The notes under the pieces: generated by a model
Database searches by the model: none
What the model was told of the DNA's origin: nothing
Seen by the model: only the letters and a program-made list of their open reading frames with translations
In this document: positions 23,999 to 33,000 of the stretch, in pieces
How positions within the stretch are numbered: the first letter of the stretch is position 1
Layout of the letters: every line of letters starts with the position of its first letter
Source: Octopus bimaculoides
Taxonomy: Eukaryota
Length of the DNA stretch: 33,000 nucleotides
Reading direction: 5' to 3'
Assembly: GCF_001194135.2 (NCBI RefSeq)
Contig: NC_068985.1
Span: 67,601,728-67,634,727, forward strand
Made by a program: the position numbers and the translations under genes

Positions 23999-24557
23999 AT
24001 CGTGAAAAACCCTAACTCTTTATAACCATATACGCCATCGGACGTACATTTACTACTGGTACTGCAGCTGTTGCTCCTACCACTGCTGCTGCTGCAACTA
24101 CAAATAGTTGTATTAATATTAAGTGCAGTAGCAACAGAAACAGCATGAATATATATTGGTACCAAATCTTCCGGAGCGTATGAATGTGTAATGATTTTCA
24201 ATATGTTGTGTAGCTTTTATCCTCTACACAGTAACTCCAGTTACTGCGAGACCGACTTAATTTCAGTGCACAACCCGCTTCTGCAATACCAGTTGTGTCA
24301 ACACATGTTAATTTTCTTATATGATATTTCAATATATTCGTCTCTTCTCCAGTGATTTATTTGCGGTGTATTCTCTTAAGTCAGTGTTGAAATTTATATT
24401 AATTCTGTAAGTTCTACTTAGTTTATATTTTGGACTACTTTATTGGATTACGCTAAAGCATGTAATTGCGAACACATCAGAATATACAATTTCCTTACTT
24501 TTCCAACAATGTTTCATTACAGTTCAAATAAACGCACTCTGTCTAATATATTCAAGT

Positions 24558-24650
24558 GTGTCCAGTCAATTCGTCGACGGCAATTTGTCCCTAGTCAATT
24601 CATCGTTGGCCAATTCGTCCCCATGTTAATTCGCCGTCAGTCAATTCTTC
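24558..24650. repeat. Left TIR of the MULE, six ~15-bp subrepeats
   Basis: CAATT/TAATT cores at 24567, 24581, 24596, 24611, 24627 and 24642; reverse-complement similar to 26128-26232. Confidence 0.85.
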
Positions 24651-24717
24651 GAGCTCATAGGAACAATGGGAAAACGAATATGTGAATTAAAAAAGGCAAC
24701 GACATTTTTTAAGGTTT

Positions 24718-25786
24718 GCTCTATTACATATTTATGTCGCCTCCTTTGTCCTCTTCTACTATGTGGTGCTATGTAATTATATTCAAAATAAGATACAATT
24801 GACTTAGAATATCATCATCTACAAGTTGTTCATATCCATCTACAATATCATCAACCGGCAGGAGGGAAGAGCAGCAAAATACCGCATGTTTAGACTAAAA
24901 CTGTCATTTTCGTTATATCTGCATTGTACAAATGCTTGTACAAATTTTGTCCTAAATGAAGCAAGCAGTATGCCAAATTCGACCCAGGAAACGATTCCAG
25001 AAATCTGTTATAGGCTACTTTTTTTGAAATCTATAATTATATTATCAAGTCCCTCATTCTACAGTAATTAATTTATGTTGGCAAAATGTCTACTATATGT
25101 GTCTTGACTTTGTCAGAGAGCAAAGCAAACAATCGTGGGACGTTAAAAGTGTCAATTTGAATGTGAAGTTTATATAACTAAAAAAATATACTAGAGCAGC
25201 ACTTAAATGTTACATTTGTCGCCCAGTTCTTGTGCTGTTTTAACCCTCGAGGTGCTTCGTCACTTGCAAATATTAGCATTCGTTTTGAATCTTCCATCCC
25301 GCTATCATACTGTAAAAACATTTCATCAATGTCATGGTAGAAGTATTCACTTGGAATGGAAAATTCAACATTTGTAAGTGGAGTGGCAGGATAGTTGGTA
25401 TCAGCTTGCCTCCAACGTTTAATATTCCTATCAAGCTGTGCAGATGGGGGTACTTGCGGCAATGTGAAGTCGTTTAAATTCTGAACTTCACTAGCGATAA
25501 TTGAGCGAGAGGCATCGCGGGATGAAATAAACTTTACTTTAATATTTGAAACTATTATCCTTGTAATTAACTCTGCAGCAGTTGAAGCGTGATTATGGAT
25601 CCCAATCTTCTTAAGCTCTTTATAATTATCATCTGTATGAAGTTTCGCCTTGCACACACGATTTTCGTACCTCCAGTATATATTCAATCCATCTGTATTC
25701 TGCTTATTTTTTGAGTATATATAATTTTCTTGCTCGACCACTTTGATTTTTCCTTTCTCTGAAGTTATGATCTAGCAGGTAGTCAT
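24718..25786 (-). pseudogene. FLYWCH zinc finger + MULE transposase pseudogene (3'-truncated)
   Basis: SEKGKIK..YIY..YWRYENRVCKAKLHT..HNH (FLYWCH); FLQYDSG..RMLIFAS..W.TNVTFK (DGTFK decayed); LFALLSDKSQDTY; IIDFKK; FPGSNLAYCLLHLGQ; LPVDDIVDGYEQL; YFEYNYI. Stops and frameshifts present. Confidence 0.9.
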
Positions 25787-25873
25787 ACTGATGGGTAGGC
25801 ATATTGAAGAAATCTAATTTGATTTGCTTGAAAATCTTTGTTCGTAAACTTTTCAGAGCAGATACTTAAGATT

Positions 25874-25901
25874 GATAGATAGATAGAGAGAGAGAGAGAG
25901 A

Positions 25902-25954
<53 letters not shown>

Positions 25955-26018
25955 TGAGAAAGAGAGAGACAGAGACAGAGAGACAGAAAGAGGAGAGAGA
26001 AAGAGAGAGCGAGAGAGA
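25874..26018. repeat. (GATA)n/(GA)n microsatellite inside the MULE 5' region
   Basis: Visible runs between the transposase start and the right TIR. Confidence 0.95.
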
Positions 26019-26127
26019 GGTTAAAGAAAGGAAAAATATATCTATAACTGTCCAACAACAATTTTAATTCTAAAGTGATTGTTCTAAACTTTCCCTCGAA
26101 AGATCACGTTTAAGAGTATTTGAGGAG

Positions 26128-26232
26128 GAATTGGCCAGCGACGAATTGACTTGGGGATGAATTTATAAACGACGAATTGACCGGGGACAAATTACCGACG
26201 ACGAAATAACCGGGACAAATTGTCCTAGCACC
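26128..26232. repeat. Right TIR of the MULE, seven ~15-bp subrepeats
   Basis: GAATTG/CAAATT cores at ~26129, 26144, 26160, 26175, 26190, 26205 and 26218. Confidence 0.85.
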
Positions 26233-27092
26233 TATTCAAGTAATATTGGTATACTCAATGAATGCACATATAAAATCCAAACTGCTATCCTCGGTTACAT
26301 ATTGCAATCCAAGTAATAACCTATCATTGTGAATTTATTTTTATAATGGTTGGTTTTGATAATTCCTCTTATGGTACGTTGGTAAGATATTAATCTTTGT
26401 CAGACGACCATCTTAGACGTTGTTGGAAATGTATATCAGGCTTCATACATTTTGACAAATATATTACCATTCTGCATTTTTACCTCGTTTTTCATGATTA
26501 TATTGGTCCATGAAGGATTGTCAGTTTTCTATACATCCGTCAGTGATACTTACTTAAAAATTCATCGCTTGTTATCTGTTCTTCATTCTTCGCCAAGTGT
26601 TCGTTCTGTTTCAATTCAATTTCTTTCAATTCAATTCAATTCAACTTTCAATTTAATTTCTTGGTTTTAGCGGCACATTTAGAATCGCATCTTCTTATAT
26701 GTGCCAGTAGGTTGAAATCCAAAATTATTTTGAGATACATGTAATTTTATCTCTAGTTTTTAGAGAAATCTGTCGTCCATTTGTTCTTTTACATATAGAA
26801 GCAAATTGTGGTCGTGTATTTCTATTGACATTCATTTCGTCGCGAACAGAAACGTATGCTACATTTATTTCTGGAGAAATGTCAATAGACGCAGCCCACC
26901 ATCCTAATGATACATATTTGTGTCTGTGCATGTGTGTGCATGTGTGTGCGTGCATGTATGTATGTGTGTATTTATACGCATATATATACATATGTATATT
27001 CATACATGAAGATTTATGTGATTACATATGTGTGTTTCTGTGAGTATATGTGTGTAGTCATATGCATATATGTACGTATTTATGCACATACA

Positions 27093-27439
27093 GGTACAAG
27101 CGTGGCTGTATGGGAAGAAACTTGCTTTCCAATCACATGGTTCATGGTTCAGTCCCACTGCGTAGGCATGGGCTGATCAAAGCTTTGAGAGTGGATTTCG
27201 TAGACGGAAACTGAGAGAAGCTCGCCGTATATATGTATGTATGTGTGTGTGTATGTGTATGTGTGTGTAATTGTGTCTATCACCCTCGCTTTACAACCGA
27301 TGCTGGTGTGTTTACGTTCCCGTAACTTAGCTATTCGTCAAAACAGTTCAAACTTTAAAAGAATAAGTCCTAGGGTCGATACATTGGACTAAAACTTCTT
27401 TAAGATAGCTACAGTCCAACAACTGAAACAAGTAAAAAA
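27093..27439 (+). mobile_element. tRNA-derived SINE (second octopus-type family) with internal microsatellite
   Basis: GTGGCTGTATGGGAAG..GGTTCAGTCCCACTGCG head; GTGGATTTCGTAGACGGAAACTGA; internal (TG)n; ACAACCGATGCTGGTGTGTTTACG; AATAAGTCCTAGGGTCGA; ends CTGAAACAAGTAAAA. Confidence 0.85.
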
Positions 27440-28612
27440 TCATTCTAAAAATTATACAAACCTGCACTCAAAACTTCTAACCTAACTTACCTAAATTACT
27501 ATAACTGAATTGTAGATTTTTCTGCCTGCTTGTTGAAAATTATGCCCCTTTGTGAGCTCGTAAGATACTTGTATTAATATTCAATCGAAATAAATATTTT
27601 CATACAATTTTCCGAAGTGTGGATGCTGTATCTCTAGTCTGCATTAAGGTACATGATAGCTATATGCACTGTTGTTCTATTATCGGAAAGTCATCAAATA
27701 TGGAAGTCATTAGTTAGTATGAGTCATTTTCGAAAGTGCTCACAAAAACCAATACTATGTTTCGTCTGCAAATACTGTAAGCTACATTCTTTGCTACCTT
27801 TGTTTAAATATTCAGATGAGTGTGCTTCAGATTTTTAAGCCATAACACTAATGTGTCGATTTGCTCTATACTTCAGGAATTTAAAATCGATCCCAGTGCT
27901 ATTATCATATATTCTGAGCCATTCTCTCGAATCTAAACATGAGAAAACGTACAGAGCTTCAGTTTCGTAAGAAGGATAGTTTAAAATTTATGCGTACTCT
28001 TCCCTCAAGTACATATATTTCAGATTATCAGAAAGAAAATAAATCGCCGAGAAACAGAACTACTTATCTAGACAGGTGCTGCTATTCAAAACATGAGATG
28101 TTACAAAGAATGCATGCTGCAGGATATGCAAATTATTTTAGTCAGGAGAACGTGATGTAATGATTTTGTACATCTATTATCTGAACACTTCTTCAATGTT
28201 TCTTCTGATTTATAATCATCACGTCCCTGGGAGATATAATGAAAAGTAAGCTTGTGGAGAGATCGATAAAAGCAAGCATACTAGCCTTGGTTTGGTGCTT
28301 TGAATTATGTTCATCTCGTTAGTATAATAAACCCCAACCACTTGGGTATGAGAACATTTTATAACTGAAAGTAGCAAATTGCATGACATCCTCAACAAAT
28401 CCCATTATATGCACCTGTCCCCCTTCTCTCACTACATCTACTGTATCTCAAGCCACCTCCAAATACGAACCACCTCCAAATGATGCCCTTTTAGGTTCTT
28501 GAGTCTTCTCATCTAGAGCTTAATAAATTTCGGAATTATATTATACTAAACAAAACTTATTCAAAAAGAAAAAATCAAATAAACCCATCTTCAAAGACTA
28601 TCAATAAAGGAC

Positions 28613-28735
28613 GAGAGAGAGAGAGTGAGAGAGAGAGAGAGAGAGAGAGTGAGAGAGAATGAGAAAGATTGAGAAAAGGAGAAAGGGGGAGGAGAGAGTG
28701 AGAGACACAGACAGAGTGAGAGAAGGAGAGAGAAA
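28613..28735. repeat. Degenerate (GA)n microsatellite
   Basis: Visible run. Confidence 0.93.
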
Positions 28736-29479
28736 CACCCATTGATCCAAAATTATAAAAATACATCTACCTTGTGTGGAAAAAGACATGATAAAAGACA
28801 CTGAAGATGCATCATGTAAATCGCCATCATGTAAATATCAGAGAAAGAAAATTCCAACATGTTCAAAGCTAGCTAATATATATTGTTTATCTGGCACACG
28901 TTACGCTATTATAAAACACAATTCATCATCACAAATATATTCAAAGGTGTGATTTCGTGAATATTTCGAACACAGTGCTTGCTTCATTTTCGCATTCAAT
29001 AACAGTAATGGTATGTTTATATAGACAAAGCCTCATTTTTCAATCACAATGCTTATGCTACATGTCACATTTTATCACCATGATGAATGTTATGTATTTA
29101 TTTCTAAGGCCTTATGTTGACTTATGATTTGAGAAAGTATTTGATTAGGACAGTACCAGATATACCGTTGGAAATTTAATGTACCACCACCTGTTCTTCT
29201 GACTAACGCTTGAAATGAAATACTGCTTAGAATATACACATCATGTTCTTAATTAAGAAGTAATCTTTTTTTTTATTGGACTCATACTCATTCTTCAAAT
29301 TTGTATAATGATATTTTGTAATGTGCATTCTCTAATTATAATGCAGAATCAGCTGAATATGTGAAATGAATTTGTAAGTATATATATATATATATATATA
29401 TACTTAGCTAAATTTCAGCCTGAATTGGCCAGGACATGCATAACTCTCTGGAAAGGATATTTAATGATGTTTCGTATTA

Positions 29480-30215
29480 CAACCCTTCACCCATTCAAAT
29501 ACAGAGTTATTGTTTTGCAGAGTTATATTGTATAGGTGGTGGATTTAATATTTGTTGGAGATTTTCAACCAGGTACCGCTAGAATGTTATAAAATCTTTT
29601 TCTTCTGCTGTGCTTCTTGGCATGACGTTAGCTGGAACAAAGCCAGTTGAGGTTAAATAAATCTGTTTTACTGCTGTGAGGTGATACGAGCATGACTTTT
29701 GTTCAGTACGGCTGGCAGGAAACCAAAACTTGGGTACATTTTAAAGTTGATGACAACATCATTTAGGTAATAATCTTGGAATATTTTTCAGATCTTACAA
29801 ACAATATAGTGCCCACAGCAGTGTTGGAGGGAAGAAGGTTTGACTTTTTCAAGAAGATTCCAATAATTAAAATCTGTCATATAGAATATTTTTCTTGTGA
29901 TCGATTTCTGGGTTGCATCGATTTATATAATATTTTGTTTCGTGTTGGGAGACTACAGCAGGCAAGAGTATTCAACGTGAAGACGGCGAAGGTGGAAAAG
30001 AGAAGAATAATGTTAGAAGCGTCTGCAAACGAAGAACTTCCGAGGATCTAGGAGCATTCCTATCGTCCATAACGGTGTGTTGTTTACTTTCAGCACTCCA
30101 GCTTGAGCTGTTATCGACAGCTACACCGAGATACTTAGCTGTGTTTAATAATACTAGGTTGACACCGGAGGAAAGAGTAAACGGTCTCTTAACTGCAGCC
30201 TCGTTACCGAAGTGG
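29480..30215 (-). mobile_element. CR1/L2-like LINE 3' part (RT C-terminus), decayed
   Basis: HFGN..KYLGVAVDNSSSW; WTIGML; VEYSCLL*SP (LEYCS.LWSP); KIDATQKSITRKI..NYWNLLEKVKPSSLQ (QR.FTK.I..YWERL..LKLYSL). Confidence 0.8.
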
Positions 30216-30349
30216 ATATATATATATATATATATANNNNNNNNNNNNNNNNNNNNNNNNNNNNNNNNNNNNNNNNNNNNNNNNNNNNNNNNNNNNNNNN
30301 NNNNNNNNNNNNNNNNNNNNNNNNNNNNNNNNNNNNNNNNNNNNNNNNN

Positions 30350-30510
30350 ATAGATATATGGAGGGGAATTGACAAAAAGAAAGCAATAGACGAAGACAGG
30401 TGGTGTAAATAACAAACAGATGTATTAGTTTAACGCTGGGGAAGTGAAAAAGTCATTAAAGTTTCGAGCCTACGCTCTTCCATAGAAAGGAAAACAGAAA
30501 TAAACAAGGA
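30350..30510 (+). mobile_element. Possible terminal fragment of a Penelope-like element
   Basis: GACGAAGACAGGTGGTGT..TATTAGTTTAACGCT..GTTTCGAGCCTACGCTCTTC resembles a common cephalopod repeat end. Recognised from memory only. Confidence 0.35.
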
Positions 30511-30639
30511 GATAAAATAAAGAATGTGAGGTGGCTAGCGTACCTAAAATTGCCATTCTCTGATCTGATAACTATAGCTGACTTGTAATTCAATCGAAAA
30601 CTGTTACGCTTCTTACTGCGACCAGTTACATTGTGTCGT

Positions 30640-30945
30640 ATATGTATACATATGTGTGTGTGTTTGTGTGTGTGTGCTTGTGTGTGTGTGTGTGCATGTA
30701 TGTGTATATTTGTATACGTATATAAATATGCTTAATCTATCTATCTATATATGTGTGTGTATGTGTGTGTATGCGTGTGTATGTATGTATAGATATACAT
30801 ATATACATACATACACACACACACACATATATATATAATATATACATATACACACACACATATATATGCATATACATTTCCCCGTATAGATATATATATA
30901 CATACATACACACACANNNNNNNNNNACACACACATACAGATCTA
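30640..30945. repeat. (TG)n/(TA)n/(CA)n cluster with a 10-N gap
   Basis: Visible runs. Confidence 0.93.
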
Positions 30946-31101
30946 TATATACCATTATATACGCATTCAAAGTGAAAACCGACGTTATCTTTGCGGTTTT
31001 AGACATTAGAGTGGCATTTCATCAGACTTGCATGAAATGTGCGCTTCTTACCCTGAGTTTATATTGGGAGGAAACGAAAAGGACATAAAAGTACGGGTGG
31101 G

Positions 31102-31169
31102 GGATGAATAATTAATATAGAGACCTTATGAGAAGAAGGGTGAGGAAGACATATATTAATTATTCATCC
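31102..31169. repeat. Perfect 18-bp inverted repeat with 32-nt spacer
   Basis: GGATGAATAATTAATATA (31102-31119) and TATATTAATTATTCATCC (31152-31169). Confidence 0.9.
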
Positions 31170-31779
31170 GCTAACCATACTTGTTTTGCTTTGGTTTCCA
31201 CCCGGCTAGAGGACGCCTAATATAAGAGCGCACCCTTGATGCGAATGTGACAAAGTTCCACCATAAACAATACGTAAATGTGTACTTCAAATTTAGCGTA
31301 AGCCGGCGTTGCAAACAGAGTTAGTACAAAAAACAAGTGTAAGTGATGTGTAAGGTTGCCTTAAAGCATTTCTTTTAATTATTATTTGGATTATATTTTA
31401 CTCCTCGCTACATCCACACAACGGTTTTACCGTCGTGAAACCAGAACTTTCTACACCTGAAGATTGTCGGCATTAGTCTGGAATGCGACATTGTTTGGAT
31501 TCCAGGACTCACGTTAAATGCTTCTCCGGAAATAACCTACCTTTATACTCTAACAAGACCTTATATGTGTGTTTGTGTTGGTGAATGTATGTGTTTTTGT
31601 GTGTATGTTTCTTTANNNNNNNNNNTATATATATATATATATATATATATCGTTGTATCACCAGAAGTGATTAAAAGGACCCTTTAATAAAACATCATCT
31701 GTCAACTCAGGCAACGAAGTTCAACAACAGAGTATGTTTATTTCTTGACCCTACAACATCTCGTTAAGCCATACTACTC

Positions 31780-33000
31780 ATCCTGACACTCGCATACACA
31801 AATATAAAAACGAGACTAACATCGCAACAGACTCCTCCCACTCCGTTTTCATTACCATTCATTTCTCTCTTTCATTCATTTCTATATAAGTTGTAGAATG
31901 TTTACCAAGTTCCCAGTGACAGAAGCAAGATATAATTAACAATAGGTTTCATAAGCAATCACAGAAACAGGCATCCATAATACTAGTAATCTTATTTGAA
32001 TCAATATTTATTATATGTACAACTGAAGTATCGTTTTGTTGCCCACATCAAATGGAGCAGACATAGATCCTCACCTACGACCTACATTTACAGCATTCTA
32101 CCCATACACAATAGAAAACAGAATAATATCAAAACATAAACATATTATACATTCTAATTACATAGGTGATATACTAATTGTAATAGATACACTTTAGAAA
32201 TGTAAGAACACCACCCTGTACGAACATTGAATGATAATACAAAGAGGCACTGTTCAGGACATAGGTATATACCTTGAAAAACAAAGTAGATATATTATGC
32301 CAGGGTAGTATAAGTTGTCAGGGGGAAAATCACACCTCAGAACATTATTTATATTTTTACCAACAAGAATTAAACAAATATTAGTTAACAACGGATACTC
32401 TAAAGGGATATAAAATGATATAGAGAGGCAAATACAACACAGCAAATGTACATGAGAGTCTATGCTTAACAGAAATTTACAAACCACACGGAAAAGTTTT
32501 TAAATGAATCAAATGCACACAATTTATCCAGCAGATGATCATGAATTAAAAATACTGGTAAAATGCAGCTTAAAATTCATCACACTCGACCATAAATTTT
32601 GAATTTGAAAATAAGCATCCAAAGCTAAATGCAGTACAAAACACCGAAACCAAAATGTTCTTATAATATATAGCAAACATACGAACCCAATTACAAACTG
32701 CATGCAGCTAATCCGGTGTATAAATTTGACTTTAAAACTGGACGTTGCAAACTTCATGTCGCCAGCTGTTACATTGGACAGAGAATACAAAATTCTCACG
32801 TTGGTTCACTATGCATTTGTCATACGGAACAACTGGATGACATTACACCGCATAATACAAAGTGATATTAGATAGGTAAATGCTAGAGGAAAATAGCCAT
32901 ATACTTTATAGAATTCCACACAAAAACAAGATTAATTAAGGGAAATACGCTCGTATCAGCATTCAATGCCATACTTAGCCAGCAACCGCATTCATCAAAT
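31780..33000 (+). mobile_element. Penelope-like element remnant (RT + GIY-YIG endonuclease), decayed; left boundary approximate
   Basis: MFTKFPVTE (LFTNVPV.ET); ICTTEVSF; NGADIDPHLRPTFTAFY (DG..MGSPLGPTFANFY); NYIGDILI (YVDD); RIKQILVNNGYS; PVYKF and CYIGQ..SRWFTMHLS (GIY-YIG). Confidence 0.8.

Larger units (their letters stand above)
24558..26232 (-). mobile_element. Mutator-like (MULE, Phantom-like) DNA transposon, 1675 bp, defective
   Basis: Exact 9-bp direct repeat TATTCAAGT at 24549-24557 and 26233-26241; imperfect ~90-105 bp inverted termini; FLYWCH-MULE transposase remnant inside. Confidence 0.9.

Noticed and set aside
24558-24650. CRISPR-like reading of the 15-bp periodic arrays (also 26128-26232)
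   Set aside because: No unique spacers, the unit is too short, the context is eukaryotic, and the arrays are mutually inverted termini of a MULE bounded by a TSD.
28322-28450. Minus-strand peptide GQVHIMGFVEDVMQF..YPS resembling a glycosyltransferase family 4 motif
   Set aside because: About 40 codons bounded by stops, with no clear splice sites or other domain parts; likely coincidence.
29776-30051. 91-aa plus-strand ORF with an upstream acceptor-like site
   Set aside because: Antisense shadow of the CR1/L2-like LINE remnant.

Overview
Eukaryotic, AT-rich, microsatellite-dense non-coding DNA with several N gaps. The SINE and LINE families I recognise point to a coleoid cephalopod (Octopus-like); this is inferred from remembered repeat consensus, not from a search. 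I found no confidently identifiable host gene, rRNA, tRNA gene or CRISPR array. Almost every ORF in the supplied track is a microsatellite artefact or a piece of a decayed transposon. Recognisable elements: an RTE/BovB-like LINE with an internal inversion (1-770); an internally deleted Mag-type Ty3/Gypsy element with both LTRs, a tRNA-Ser PBS and a TSD (2644-4007); a near full-length Tc1 transposase pseudogene (6229-7314); mariner/maT fragments; five tRNA-derived SINEs; a ~10 kb cluster of co-oriented R4/Dong LINE copies tied to (TAA)n tracts (10986-20665); a FLYWCH-MULE (Phantom-like) element with periodic TIRs and an exact 9-bp TSD (24558-26232); a CR1/L2-like LINE 3' part; and Penelope-like remnants. 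I cannot support a claim of a new biological system. The most unusual structures are the gag-integrase fusion mini-retroelement, the twin-priming-like RTE inversion, the microsatellite-associated R4 cluster and the MULE TIR architecture.
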